DNA of 63,795 nt, filler included, from Reticulomyxa filosa (GCA_000512085.1; 14 parts of 14 records of this genome joined end to end with filler, not necessarily neighbours in it); one strand, 5' to 3'; numbered from the whole stretch's first letter, positions 36,521 to 50,815 are shown. Translations and numbers: made by a program. Notes: generated from the sequence alone by a model not told the origin.

Positions 36521-37032
36521 TTCCACTTTTTGTTTTTTGTTTTGAACAATTTCAATTTTTTTGATTGTAAAAAAAAAAAAAAGTTTTGGCTAGTTGTTCG
36601 TGTACTTTCTTGGGCGGATGTTTCACATTTTAGGTGTTGCTTTGTTGTGATCCCTGTCCATTCAAACTATCCAATTCAAATGTGTACATCACACTCTTCT
36701 TTCACGTCATCACTGCTCAAAGGAATGTTGCTCATAAAATGATTAGTTTAGTCATAACAAGTTTTTTTTGTCTAGCAAATGGTAGGTTTCAGTTCCTGAT
36801 ACAATCATTAATATCATTTTTTATTATTGCAATTGATTTTTTTTACACTTCAATAGTTGCAAAGAGTTCTAAAAAAAAATTTACAACAGTGATCAAATCT
36901 TGTGTATTGACACCACAATTTAATAATAATTTGTTAAAATGATCCGAAATAACTGACGTATACATTGATAGCTTTAAGATATTGGGTTTCATTACGAACA
37001 TGCAATATTGAAAAAAAAATATTGAATTTGAA

Positions 37033-37938
37033 TTAACAACTTCCTTTCCAAAAAGTGACTTGAAGTGGACTGTTATACTCAGAATAGGTCAATTCTAAAA
37101 ATAATTGACAAGAACAATCGACATTTGGAGGAGACGAATTGATACCTAAAAAGAAGAGAGATGAAAAAATGTATGATTTATAAATATAAAAATAAAAATA
37201 TAAAAAAACAAAAACATACAAGGACACCAATTAGGATCTTGTCCATGGGTACAGCAATTAGCTACATTACAAGGATGATATTCTGGGCATGCATCACTAA
37301 CTTCTACTTGATATTTGACTCCTTTATTATTACATCTATTTTTAATGCAAATAAATAAAAATAAAAATGAATTAATTAATTAATTATATAATACCTTTGA
37401 TCGTCACATTGTACACACCATTTTTCTCCACAAGGGACATTACAACTTGGAGCACAATAACATGATGAATCACATCCATTAGTACCACAATTACCACATA
37501 CTTGAAGAGGACAATTTTGTGAAAATTGTTCAAGTGGACAAGATTGCGAACAACTACATTGTACTTCTGAAGGAAATTGTTTATCACTTAATGCAATATA
37601 ACTTCCATTGCTTGGATAACCACAAACATTTGAACCTTAAATTATGTATGTAATTGTTATGTTAAAATTACATTATATACATAATTATATACACTATATA
37701 TGCATATCTCCTTTTAACTTGTTGGACACCAATTTGTCGCTGTCCCAGTGTATGCCATTACTGCTGTATTATCTTCTCGTATTCTTTTTGTTAGTGTCCA
37801 CCCAAAAGGATTTGGAGGGTTAAGTGGATCCTCAACAGGTCGAAAAGGAGGTTTATCACCCAAACAAAACCCAACATTACACAACAAACCAGAAAGGGAA
37901 AACAACACAACCAAAAACGAAGTATGATCTCCCAGCAT
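37033..37938 (-). CDS. Secreted Cys-rich double-psi beta-barrel (expansin/RlpA/GH45-like) protein, 4 exons, 229 aa
   Basis: Exons 37938-37719, 37635-37395, 37335-37220 and 37145-37033 splice in frame (690 nt). Signal peptide, then YTGTATNW...NVCGY...YIALSDKQF...CGEKWCVQC...VEVSDACP...NVDCSCQLFLEL...LQVTFWKGSC. Confidence 0.75.
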
Positions 37939-38429
37939 TGTATTTAGGAAGCAAGCAAGAAGAGGGGGAGGGAAGAAAAAAGACCAACAGAAGCAGTTTT
38001 CTAAAAACTTTACTGAAAACAACTTTTTTTGTAAACTTCAAACTAAGATCTACCTCTAAGTTTTACTGCAATAAGTTATAGACAGTATCATCAGACATTA
38101 TCGTTTTTACAACATTATGATAACAAGATCATTTGCAAAGATTAAAATATTACCGCATATTCACATATTTGCAACGTAGTCCTAAAATTTGTATTGTATG
38201 TTTTAACTGGCTCTATTTAAACCGAGTGCTTATGATTTTGCACCATACAAAAAATAAATGATTGTTATATCATAAAGAAAAAAAGAGTTAAACAAATTGC
38301 AGTCAATGTGTTATTTCATCAAAATTGGACGAATCAATGTTGAAATGTACTACTGTCTATTTGGTTATATTAGTTCAATATTTAGTCTAAGAGACTTTTT
38401 TAAAATTCCGTGATTTACAAACGATAATA

Positions 38430-39742
38430 ATGATTAGAAGCACGCTGTTTTTAAGATCATTATATCGGTAATCATTTCTTTTTTTGATTAGCTTTATTTT
38501 GTAGCAAGATATTTCAAATGGATTGTGTTTAGACGAAGTGTCGCAGAAGCGGCGATGAGCACGTCGGCCCGTTCAACTGTGAACACGCTAGGTGTAGTTG
38601 GTGGAGGTCAAATGGGAATGGGCATAACGGTTACTGCGGCAACTCAAGGAAAAAAAAAAGTGATATGCGTGGACAGTAACGCAGCAGCATTGCAAAAATC
38701 GCTGGAAAATTCAAAGCGAATTCTGGCATCTCAAGTCACAAAAGGAAAAATAACCGCACAAGTAACAAAGAAAAGAAATATGTGCAAAAGAATAATGAGA
38801 TTAATAAGATAAAACAAACCAAAGTACCAAAAAGTGGTGAGAAAGAACTTAAAAAAACAAAGATTAGGTTGTTGTCTGTGTAAACATTAGGAAAAAGAAG
38901 AAGCAATAGCTCGCATAGTCACAACACAAGACTTGAACTCGCTGAAAGATGTCGATTTTGTCATTGAAGCGGTTCCTGAAGTTTTGAGTTTTTTTTAAAG
39001 GACCCCTTTTTTTTTATTTGTTTAAATATCCACCTCTTTTATGGATGGATAAAAATGACAATAAATAACAAAATACAAAAGAATGAAAAGGTTAAAAAGA
39101 GTATATTCGAACAAGTATCGAAAATAACGCAAAACGATGTGATATTAGCAAGCAACACATCGTCAATTCCGATAACTCGAATTGCCAGTTGGGTGAGCGA
39201 AGACCGCAGAGATAAGGTTTGTGGGATGCATTTCATGAATCCAGTGCCAGTGATGCAGCTGGTGGAAATCATTCCAGGTTTGCAAACCAGCAATGACACC
39301 AAAGCCAAAGTCATTGCTTTGGCTGAGCAAATGGGCAAAACTACGAGTGTATCTCGAGATGATGCTGGGTTTATTGCCAATCGCATTTTAATGCCTTATA
39401 TCAATGAGGCTGTGTTTGTTTTGCAAGTTAATTAAAAAACGATTAAAAAATTGTGGATTTCTTTTACAAATGCGGGAATGTATAACACAGGAAGGTATTG
39501 CAACTAAAGAAGATATTGACAAGACAATGAAATTAGGAACTAATGTACCCATGGGACCATTAACATTGGCCGATTTTATTGGTTTGGATACTTGTCTTTT
39601 TATCCAACAAACATTGTACGAAAGCACGAAGGACAGCAAATATAAACCTGCGCCTCTATTGCAACGATATGTCGAAGCTGGCTGGCTCGGTCGAAAAACT
39701 GGACGAGGTTTTTACAACTATGAAATCAAAAAAGACAAGTAG
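38430..39742 (+). CDS. 3-hydroxybutyryl-CoA / 3-hydroxyacyl-CoA dehydrogenase, mitochondrial-type presequence, 5 exons
   Basis: [12 protein letters not shown] (Rossmann), [10 protein letters not shown]|[81 protein letters not shown]. Confidence 0.93.
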
Positions 39743-40325
39743 CATAATTTTTCTTCTAAGCTCATACTTAATATTTTTTTTGTGCAATTAATAAACAAAA
39801 AAAGAGTAAATATATCACAAGGTGATTTTTCTTTTTCCCACTGAAGTAGATTTTTTCAAAAATAAAGAGTCATAAATTCCGACACAAAAGCTTGCAATAT
39901 AAAATAATTTTTTGGATTCAAATCCAATTTAACAATTTATAAAACAAGCAATATTAATAAATGCTTTACATTAGCTTTCACCAAATAGAAAAAATAATGC
40001 CTTTTTTATTTTTCTCTTTGAAATTAGATTCACTTTTCATAGCTTTGCAACATACACAAAAAGCCAAAAAAACCAATGAAGCACTTGATGAAATGTAGCA
40101 AAATAAAAAGTTTGAAAGACCGTAGAATTCATATGAGAGCCAACTGCACAAAAAAAAACAAGTGAAAAAAAAAGAAAAACGCAGGTTGCACCGTTGCCTC
40201 ATACATCCAAACATTGCAAGGTGAATTTCGTCACATTCCCAGAACAACATAAGAAACAGAATGAAAACATAAAACAGTATATAAAAAAAAATTATGTTTT
40301 GCATTTTGCGAATTTTTTTCTCCCT

Positions 40326-42706
40326 TCAATCATTCGAGTTGGGACTGGTTGTATTTTTAGGAGTAGTTTCAGTAGGTGTTGTCGTTTGGTCGGGGTCAGT
40401 GCTGTTTTGCTTGCCATCCAACAATTTTTCTGTACGCGTACAATACAAGTTGTACATTTCCAATTTAATAAAATAAATAAAAAAACTAAAATTAACACAC
40501 CTTGTTCCTCTAAGTCTTTCATCACTTTTTGAATTTCTTCGCTGTTCATATCAACAGGAGCTTTAAACGTATAGCCCCAAAAATGATTTTTATCTATTGA
40601 TCATCACAAATCAAGTCAATTGTGTTTTGAATTGGTACTAGCAATATACTCTCTTTTTTTTCCACGTATCAACTCGTCTCACCTGTTGTCTTTGATGCTT
40701 TATATTCTTGCTTATGTTGGTCAACGCCTTGTTGAGATTCAATTTTTTCAAAATGAGAAGAGTCAGTCTCATGTTTCAGTTTGGGAACAAATGGAGGCTT
40801 CATATTCAGCAAATTATCCCAAGGACACTCCTTGAAAAATGCATGTTTCTTTATTTCCTCAAAGCCATATCGTCTTCGTGGTGAGCAAATCAAATTATGA
40901 ATAAGATCTTTGCAGTCATCCGACAAGGGCGCGTCTGAAGGGATGCGGAAATATCGTCGAAAGTGCACAATTTTGCGACACGTTGCCAAAGGATCGTCTG
41001 CATAAAAGGGAGGAAAGCCAACACAGCACTCGTACATTATTACTCCAAGTGACCACCAATCGACTTTTTTATCATAGCTATTTTTTTTTTGGTTCATTCA
41101 TTTCGAATTTTTGCATGTAATACAATATTATAATGACACCAATGTTTTTTTTTTTTCTCTCCCCTCCCCTTTGTTGTTATGTAATATTTGATGACTGAGA
41201 AAAAAAAAAATTATCACAAGCATAAACGGACCCCCGTTTAGAGAACACTTCGGGAGCAATATAATCGGGAGTACCAACAGTTGAAAACATTAATGCTCTG
41301 TCTCTTTCTTTATATTTGGCACGTGTCGCTTGGGTATTTTCTGACGTGTCTGCGTTATCTTTTTCATCTTTGTCCGCTTCCGCTTCCGCTTCTTGCAAGG
41401 ATTCTGCCTTTTGTTGGTATTGAGATATCACCTCATCGTTCTCCGTACGGAAGGATTTGGCCAAGCCAAAGTCGGACAATTTTATGTGTCCGTTATTTGC
41501 AATGAGTATATTATCTGGTTTCAAGTCGCTTTGTTTTTGTTATTATTATTTTTTTTTTGAAGAAAAAAAAAAGTCAAACTCGACCCACGCATTTGCGCAT
41601 TCTTTTTTTTTTTTTTTTTTCTTCCCTTTAAAAAAAATAAAGAGGTTTATGCCTGAAAAAAAAAAAAAAAAATTTTTTTTTTTTTTTGCAAACCGATGAA
41701 CAAAGTCCAATTCATGGACTGCATTGATAGCTGCAGCTAATTCAGTCATGTAAAAACGAGTGGTTTTTTCAGACAAGATGTCTTGTTTCATTAAAACCCC
41801 CATTAAATCTCCGCCCCCGCAAAACTCCATTACTAAGTATAAATACGTATCGTCCTATTGAAATGTTTCAATTTTTTTATTTTTTTTTTCCCTCCCCTCC
41901 CCCCCCCCCCTCTCTTTATTACTGTTATTTTTTAAAAAAAATAAAACAAAACTTGGAATGAATAATATAGCTTGACAAGCCATGGACTATTGGCTCCAGC
42001 CATTAAATTCCTTTCGGCTTCGACATGTGTTGCTTGATTTTTGGCGATCATATCTTTTTTTCGCATTGTTTTCATTGCGTACACTTTCTTGGAATGTTGC
42101 TCACGCACTATGCGAACTTCTCCAAACGCTCCTTTGCCAATTATTCGAATTAATACAAAGTCTTTTAATCCGATTTTGCGACGTTGGTTTCGTAAAGCTT
42201 TCCCTTTTTTTTTTTTGTCGTTATTGGATTGATTGGTATAAAAGTTTGTTTCTAGTATTGCCCCCTTTTTTTTTTTTTTTTTGCAGCAGTCGAAATAATT
42301 TATTTGTGTCTTTTTTTAAACTTTCTGCCAATAAGTACTCGGTGTATTTCTCTCGCTTTTCTTCTTCTGTTAATCCTTTTGTCTCCAAATCGGTCAACCC
42401 TTTTTCCATTCTTCGTGTTCTGTGTTTTCACACCGAGTCATACTGACACATTCGATACTTTGCTCTGTTCATATATCAACAAAAAAAAAAAAGTACCGCT
42501 TGATTCGAGAATTAGCGAACTCGAGGCGATCATTGATTCTCTAAAGATCACATTTACACACATTTTTTTTTAAACAAAAAAAATATTTTTTTGCGAAGGG
42601 ACAAGAGAAAATTATTTATTATTTATCTATCTTCTCTTACCGCTTCCACTTGCTCTTTCATTTTGGCAACTTTTGCCAAAGTTTCTATGCTAGGCTCTGT
42701 GCTCAT
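40326..42706 (-). CDS. NDR/LATS-family AGC Ser/Thr kinase (STK38/Orb6/Cbk1-like), multi-exon
   Basis: IIGKGAFGEVRIV, YAMK, HVEAERNLM, MEFCGGGDLM, HR|DLKPDNIL, SDFGLA, long activation-loop insert ending MFSTVGTPDYIAPEV, DWWSLGVIMYEC, PPFVP, hydrophobic motif FWGYTF. Last exon boundary uncertain. Confidence 0.93.
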
Positions 42707-43121
42707 AAATATCTTCCACTCAAATTAAAGAAAATGATATTTCAATGAACTATTGAAAGGCGGGCTTCTCTCGAAACGTTACTATCCTTCGTACAATCTT
42801 TATGTAATGTTTATATCTGTCCGTGCCAAACTCGGGCATTTTAGCATTATAATCGGTACTATTTTTTTAAAGATATTTATTCCTAGGACCAAAAGAGGAC
42901 ACTATGCTTGTGTTATGTCGTTGCTTGCATAAACTTGCAAGAATACAAGAGCTGTGCCTCCAAACAAAACAAAACGAACGATGAGACAAATCCTATATCA
43001 TTTTTTTCCTTTTGAGTTTCAAAAACTGGTGTGCCAAAAGGACGAACTCAAGTGCACAGCGACAAAAAAAAAAAAGGAGAGAGCAAGAGTGTATAATAAA
43101 ACAGTTGCAAGTGACGAAGGG

Positions 43122-44523
43122 ATGAGTGAAGTAAATCCGCCGCGTTATTGTTTTGGCGATGAAGTAAAGCTAAAAGATAATAGTTGTGGAAAAATAATTT
43201 ACATTGGAACATTAGGTTTGAAGAACGTGTACTACGGTGTAGAGCAACTCTTGGAAGCAGCCGCAGCACCGTCAAATACAAGTAAGAAGAGCGTGTCGAA
43301 CGGCAATGCAAGTGTGGATGAAGTAGATGCAAGCGAGATGATATCGTTGAAGATGGAGCAATACGCACCAAGCCCAAAGCATAAAGCATATAAATTTGTA
43401 GTGGGGTCATCAATCCAAAAAATGGTAAAAAAGTGTGACTCGGAGCGAGAAAAGATCCCACGAAAAGTGACGATAGGTACAAACTTGACACACAATAAGA
43501 AAAAGTACAAAGTGGTGGCAATAAAGCATCCGAAGGTGGTGACGAATGTGGATTCGAATGGCAATGAGAAAAGCAGGACGAAAGGTAAGGTCTCATGTGT
43601 GTATGAATTGGAGAATGGAGTGCACCTGACTAATGTACAAGTGGTGAGCCAACTCCGAGTGAAGACGCCTGAACTGGAGCCACTCCCTTTCGGAAAAAGA
43701 ACCAAGCGCACGAAAAGTCTGAGCTTGCATTTCAGTCAAAGCAATCCCGCGAAAACCCCAGATCTTCAAGATGACGAAAAATATCACCAAGTCGCAAGGA
43801 GCAAATATGGACAGTCCAAACAGGCACTGTCCTTCAATTCGACCAAAGGGCCTATCTTTAGACAAAGTTTCATATGCACACACGCAACTCTTTTTTTCCT
43901 CTCCCCCCTTTTTTTTCTCCCTCCCTTATTCCATATCCAATATCCATTTATATCCAATATCCAATATGTCCAACATATCTTGTCTCACTCCAAAATTTTT
44001 TTATTGACTCATGGAGTGCAGACAGCAGGAAAATGTCATCGTCCATCATGCCCATCAGCCGAAACTCCAAATTGAATCCGAAAGGCGTCACCAGACCAGT
44101 CAAAGAAAACGCAACTATGAATGCCAACTCGCCGCAATCCGGCCAATCGTCTTTTGACGACCTTTTGCAAGTCAAAACACGTTTGGAGTTGGGTCTCTAT
44201 CTCAATACATATATATATATATGTATTGAGATAGAGATCACACAATCCACTTAAAATATAGAAAAATGATAGACGACTTAACAGCAAAGAACCTTCTGTT
44301 CCAACAAGAGTTGACGCAGCTGCAGGACAACAGAAACAAGTTTCTTTGTTTTTTCAAAAAAAAAANNNNNNNNNNNNNNNNNNNNNNNNNNNNNNNNNNN
44401 NNNNNNNNNTTAATTAATTAANNNNNNNNNNNNNNNNNNNNNNNNNNNNNNNNNNNNNNNNNNNNCAATAGTCACGACAATAGCCACGACAATAGCAATG
44501 GCCATGACAGTGACAATGATAAT

Positions 44524-44564
<41 letters not shown>

Positions 44565-45818
44565 TAAAAATAGCGACTGGAAACACATGAAAGTGCAGAT
44601 GAAACACACCATTGCCGACAGGTCGGTGGACATCGACGCGGAGGAGTTGGATGGCGATGTAAAGCCCAATGCCATTTCCACGAGACGCGGGAGTGCCCAT
44701 CTGTATCCCGGTGCGTCTGCCGCCAATGTCAATGTTAATATCTCTCTGGAAATCGACCGTCTGCTGAAAATGTTTAGATCACAGCCCAGCTCTAGTCCTC
44801 GTCCACTGCTCTCTGCCGCCGCTTCTGCTTCCGTCGCAGCCAAGCCTTCGTCGTCATTCAACCTGCACGATTCGGAACAGGCAAATACAAATACTGATGC
44901 AAATACAAATGCAAATGCAAATGCAAATGCAAATGCGAGTGTTTCTAAAAAAAGATTGCAACGAACAAGATCCATGCCGGCAACAGTGCAAAATAGGAAT
45001 GAAAACGATAGTGAAAATGAAAACGATAACAATAACAATAACAACAATAACAATAATAATGATAATAATAATAATAATGATAACACAAACGACGTAGCGC
45101 TGACCAACAACAAAACGAAGATAAACACAAAGAAAAAAAAAAAAAGCATAAGGGCGAAAGGGCATCATCATATCTCATACACTCTTGCGCCGGTGCCGAG
45201 ATGCTCTTTTGCGACCACAAATCACACGACCCCATTGATATCTGCCGATAAATACACCGACGATGAACCAGACACCAAAGATCAAGCCAATCCCATTCAT
45301 GATGTCCATTCCTTCAAGCCTGTCGTCATTCTCGAGCCCTATCCACATAGCGATGCCATTCATGAGACGGACGTCTTCGTTTTGCCCTCGGGAAAAAGAG
45401 CCATTTTTGCAAAGGGAAACTTAGGACGGTTGAAGTCGTATCAAGAACGCGCTACGAAAAGGTTTGTTTGGTTTTTTTTTTTTTTGAGTTTTTCCCAGTG
45501 TGTGGTGTGATTCATTTTTTTTATTATTATTTAAAAATTAGTAGGAAAAATTCGCTTGTGAAAATAATAACCCCATCTGGTTATCAAGAACCCATGGTCT
45601 TCCAGACTTCTTCTTCCATAAGCTTGCCTCACGCTGTTGTGCTGACCTCTACTCTGGGCGTTGGTCTTTTCTTGGTGGTTCGCCAATTTTACAACTCCAA
45701 CATCCCCAAAGAAAATACTCACACACAAAATACTGGGAAAACGATCAAATGGACAGATCAAGTGTTTCAATGGCTCAATTTTTATTGGCAATACATTCAC
45801 TCGTTTTATCAAGGATAA
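43122..45818 (+). CDS. Protein with a degenerate N-terminal CAP-Gly-like domain, low-complexity middle and C-terminal hydrophobic segment (may span gap 44366-44465, or be two genes)
   Basis: YCFGDEVKLKDNSCGKIIYIGTLGLKNVYYGVE without a GKNDG motif; Asn/Asp tracts; AVVLTSTLGVGLFLVV near the end. Confidence 0.5.
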
Positions 45819-46621
45819 GAAAAAAATAAGAGGAAACCCCGAGTAACGGAAACATAGCTGCAAACATAATTTTTTTCTTCTTTTTGCTTTTTGTTTGCTT
45901 TGTTTATTGAACATTACAATATCTTTTACCGTTCCATTGTTGCAAGAATTTCTTCAAAAACTAGTTCAAAGCAGGCATGTTTATTCCATGTGCATTTTTC
46001 CCTTCATTGTTTTTTTCTATGATATGTTGTTTGTTGTGAGCTTTTCCTTTCTCTTTCATCTGCCCCGATCTAATTGTTTATTTTTTTGATGAGCTTACAC
46101 AAATTGAAAAATTTAACATTGTTGACAAAGAAATAATACGACAGTTTTCAGTATGCAACTTGCAGTTTTTCTTTTTTTTCTTACTGATGGTGTTTTGTAG
46201 AACCTCTTTCCATTTTGTTGATCGTTTGTTCCAAAAGAAATGTTTTTTGTTTCATTGTAGTTTTTTTGTTGAATCCAACTTGATAAAAATAGCGTTAACG
46301 GGTAGACGGTAATGGTCTCTTGTTAGAGGCAGTTGTTAAAAATTGCACATTTTTTTTAAGCTTTTGCATTGAGATGGCGTGAATATGTCAGATTACTATA
46401 TCTTCATCTTCACTGATTTTGCCACTTGATGTATCCACAAAATGCAAACAAAAGCAAGTTAAAGTACATTGACCAAAATAAATGATGTCACCATTCAAAT
46501 AAATAAAAGCTTATAGCTGTTACAATAAAATACAGTATGATAAAAAAGAAAGTTGACACCTAAAATGCAACATTATAAGATAATTGTGTTTCTCCATGAA
46601 AAACAGCACTTAATCAAAATT

Positions 46622-46720
46622 TTTTAAAAAATATATACGAATAGTGTAGTTTTTAAATATCATTTTGGTTTTTTATTAAGTATTTCAAATTTTTTCAAAA
46701 ATTTTAATCTTTCATTTACT
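46622..46720 (+). repeat. Dispersed copy of the left arm of the 32473 MITE-like element
   Basis: TTTTAAAAAATATAT...TGTAGTTTTTAAATATCATTTTGGTTTTTTATTAA matches 32465-32522. Confidence 0.7.
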
Positions 46721-47269
46721 TTAAAAAATTTTTGTTGTGCCTGAGTATGATAAAATTTGTTTTTTAAAATTTAATTCAAGTTTACCAACGTGTTGAATCT
46801 TCTTTGGCTTTTTTAACTGACTGTATTTCTTTGGAATAGACTTTATTACTGTTTTACAAATATTTGTTTATATTTTTTCACATTCTATTTCGAATTAGTT
46901 ACAAATTTCGTCAGTGGTATTAAATGGTCCTTTTTTGTGAATCCTTGATTTAATATACACCAAAGATTTTCAATTGTATTTAAATCATGTGAATTTGCAG
47001 TAAATTCATTTTTTTAAAACTATTTTATAATTGTTTCCGATTTATGGCATGTTGGATTATCTTGCTGAAAATCTAATTATCTTTATTTTCTAAGCAGCAA
47101 TTGATGATATTTATATTCTATCAGATAAAACTTCGTTATATATATTAATATTTACTCTATCTAAGCGTAATATATTACTAATTCTTCAAAACATGACAAG
47201 TCTAAAATGCTTATAGGTGTCAATTTTCTTTTTATCATAATGTAATATAATAATAATATCTTCAAAGTA

Positions 47270-47870
47270 CAAACGGGTTTTTCCAAACAATGCTCAATCA
47301 AATCCATTTGCGCAAGTTCGTAATGTCCAAACATTGGACCACTTTTAATATGATGTCCTTATCTCATTTCAAGCTATCATTTGTAATGTTGTTAGTGACT
47401 ATTTCAAAGTACTTAATATATCGTCAACTTGATTTAACAACAGATTGGACTTGTTCATCAACTAGTAGCTGTTTTGCTTTCGAATGGAAATTAACAATTG
47501 AATGTTGTTGATAAAGTCCAATGCATTTATGATTTTGGGTAGCTCTTTCATGACAAAGTCGATTTTGTATTGCGTAGTCTTCAACTCAATCACTTGTTGA
47601 ATCTATTTGCTAGCCAGATTAAGTTGTTGATATTATCTTGCAACAACTGCACATTGTTCTCAAATTGCAATATCATGCTCAAGGCGTCGATAAAGTCTCG
47701 GTAATTATCGTCCAAATCTGCTTGATCTCGTTCGCCTTATCCTTGCTTTGCTGTCGCAGCACACTTTGATATAATATTTGGTAATTGCGGTCGCTGTCTT
47801 TCTTTCTGTTGTTGAGCGAAAACTATGCTGGCAAATATTATATTTAGTGCTTGTACCATTTAGACTGTCT
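47270..47870 (-). pseudogene. Decayed coding remnant (helical/coiled-coil-like)
   Basis: Protein-like stretches DLDDNYRDFIDALSMILQFENNVQLLQDNINNL and QQVIELKTTQYKIDFVMKELPKIINALDFINNIQLL, broken by stops and frameshifts; less AT-rich than the flanks. Confidence 0.35.
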
Positions 47871-49630
47871 CTGCAAATGATATTATATTCTTTTTTTTAC
47901 AAATTGCTAGTCAAACACAATAATAAAGTTTTATCATATTCACCAAATTGTTTTTAGAATTCATAGATGAGCTATATTTTCTAACAATCTATATATACAC
48001 CCTGTTTGTTTTGTATTTTTTATCATCTTTTCATTCAATTCAATATTTTTCTATTTCCAAATTTACCAAGCATGATCGTCCTGAATGACTGTCATGCAAA
48101 CGTAAGTTCTGTTTATAAGTATTTTTTTTTTCTAGTAAATAATAAAATATTCTTGAATACTTTACGTGGGAAAACAATCGCATTCGATTTGGAACAAAAC
48201 GATACTATATAGCAGCACTTGACGCAAATTTATTCTACGTTTGCTGTGAAGTGGTTCAATTCAAAATGTAGTTTTTTTTTATTAAATTATATACTCAAAA
48301 AAAAAATCAGATCGTGTTCGCACTCGATAAAACTTAGAACATTTAGATCAAATATAAAAATATATTGTGGTACAAAGCATTGTTGTTTGCAAGTTTCGTA
48401 AAAAACAAGTTGACACAACACTATATTTACACATATGTATTTTATATATTTTATAATTGGCACCTCGATAAACATACACCTTTGTTTTTATAAAAAACAA
48501 AAATATCGGATCTGATCGTCGATGTGGTAGGGCAATTCAAATGTAAGCTGTATTATTTGTTTTTATTTGACTTAGATAAAATTTGAAAACTTGTTTGTTT
48601 ATTCAAATAGTTCTGAAAATTTTGACCGGAAAACGAATTTGTAATTATTCGAATCGTCCAAAGATTAAGACCTAAATTGCGTTATGTGATTCCTTCAAGG
48701 AAATTTCAATGTTTTTTTTTTGACAATTTATTTAAACTCGAATGTACTTCGAACTTAAAAACTTAGTGCATGATAAGAAGATAAGAAATGTTTTCCTTAC
48801 ATTGTTGGAATCATATTGTAACAATTTTTATTAAAGATACTGTTTTCAATTGAAAGTTATTAGATTTTTCTTCTGCTTTGTTGAAATTAGCAAGAGTACA
48901 ACCTTGCCAAGCGATGAGTATAACACTTTCTCGATATATCTAGTTTTGTGATGGAAAAAATATGCAATGAAAAAATGCTTTGTGAAACGTGTTTAGTGAT
49001 AAATGTATCAGTTATCATATTGCGAACGCTAGTAATTGTAGTACACTTTATGGATACCTTCAATGGACACGCATATGGAAAGTCACCTTTTATTATTGGT
49101 GCTCAAAATAAGGAATATACCCACTAGTTTTTCGAGATCTTTGTTGTCGCTTAAGTAAACAGGAACGAAAGAAATATTTGTTAATAATAAAATCTTTTGT
49201 TTTTGCAAAATCATATATTTTTGTGCAGTTAGTGATATTTTGAAACGTTTCTGTAAGTAACTTATGAACGGACCAGAAGACTTTTTTATTGCTTTTGCTT
49301 CTGTTTCTAATTTAATAATATTTGGAATCATGGTATTAGCAAATTTCAGTGAAAACGACAAAATTTTTCATTTTTCACGGAAATATGTTTTAAAATTTCG
49401 ATGTCATAATATGCAAGAAGTATAAAATCACAATAAATTTTTTTTTTTATTAAAACATTATTTGATGGTCATATTCGTTGCAATAATTCAATTTATGACT
49501 CTTTGGCAAAGAAAGCTTAATTTGTTTTCTACACCATCAAAAAATTTTACTTTTTTAACTTGTTAAAAAAGGTACCCTTTACGCAATCCCTTTTTAAAAA
49601 ACTGCGTAAAATTCTCTCAACATTAACAAC

Positions 49631-50815
49631 ATGAGCAATCAAACCTTTCAAATTTTGAAAGATTTGCCTACTCCACTTTTTCAAACTCAATGTGTGCTAC
49701 ACAAACACGAACTGCTCATTTGTGGACATAAAAACAACAGACGCTGTTATTCTTATCATACACTAAAAAACGAATACAAGCTTATCTGTGAGTATCCAAG
49801 TGTTGTGGAATTTGAAGGACATTGTGTAGTGAAACTGGATAACAAGAACAAAGATAGTAATGAAATTACTTTGCTGTCTTTTGGTGGAGATGAATATTCA
49901 AACAAATGTACATTAGTGATGAAATATGTAAGTGTTTGGAGTGGCGGCAATGATGATAATGAAATGAAAAAATCAAAGAAACTAAACAATTGCAATCAGT
50001 GGATCCCTTTCACAGACAAACGCAATCGTCCAATTGATATTAAAGCATATGGAGACGATTATATTGGAGTGCGTGCAGTGATTGGCGGAAGCAACAATAA
50101 TTTGTTATTTATCACTTTTTCAAAAAATATTAGTGTATTCGATTTAAATACATTTCAATTTATTAAAAATGATGATTTGCCAATTGACTATCCTATTCTT
50201 TGTCATTGCTTTGTATTAAAGTCAGAAAATGGACAAGAGACGATAAAAATAAATGAAGAAGAAAATAATATTAAAAAGAAAAAAAATCATGAAATGTTGT
50301 TGTTTTGTGAAAAGACAGGATTATCAATTGAATATGATGAAGACAATAACACATTTCAATTTCATCAACTACCTGTCTGTGATGACATTGCACCATTCAA
50401 TTTTTATGCATATGTGTGTATCAATGGTACAATCTTGTTCTTTGGTGGATTGAATATCAGTAATGGTGTTGTTTCGAAATCAGTGCACAAGTATTCAATT
50501 CGAGAAAACAAGTGGAGGACATTTCAAAATGCCTCATCCAGTCCATTGTATCATTGTGTTGCAATATTGAACCAAGATAATACATATGTGCATATTATTG
50601 GAGGAATGGATGAAACAAATCTGTGTGTGTCAAAGCATATGAAAACGAAAGTGAGTGAATGGTCGGGTGAAGAAGAAATGAAAAAAGAAAATAAATTGAA
50701 AATAGAAGAAGAAAAAGAAGAGGATAAAAATAATAAAATTGTAAAAAAAAAGAATAATAAACAAGATAAAATGAACAAACAGATTACTGTTGAGTCTTTA
50801 CTTTTTTTGTTGTGA
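49631..50815 (+). CDS. Kelch-motif beta-propeller protein (lineage-expanded family)
   Basis: 394-aa ORF: FQILKDLPTPLFQTQCVLHKHELLICG, ITLLSFGG, VRAVIGGSNNNLLFIT, ILFFGG...VHKYSIRENKW, YVHIIGG. Confidence 0.85.
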   Translation: MSNQTFQILKDLPTPLFQTQCVLHKHELLICGHKNNRRCYSYHTLKNEYKLICEYPSVVEFEGHCVVKLDNKNKDSNEITLLSFGGDEYSNKCTLVMKYVSVWSGGNDDNEMKKSKKLNNCNQWIPFTDKRNRPIDIKAYGDDYIGVRAVIGGSNNNLLFITFSKNISVFDLNTFQFIKNDDLPIDYPILCHCFVLKSENGQETIKINEEENNIKKKKNHEMLLFCEKTGLSIEYDEDNNTFQFHQLPVCDDIAPFNFYAYVCINGTILFFGGLNISNGVVSKSVHKYSIRENKWRTFQNASSSPLYHCVAILNQDNTYVHIIGGMDETNLCVSKHMKTKVSEWSGEEEMKKENKLKIEEEKEEDKNNKIVKKKNNKQDKMNKQITVESLLFLL

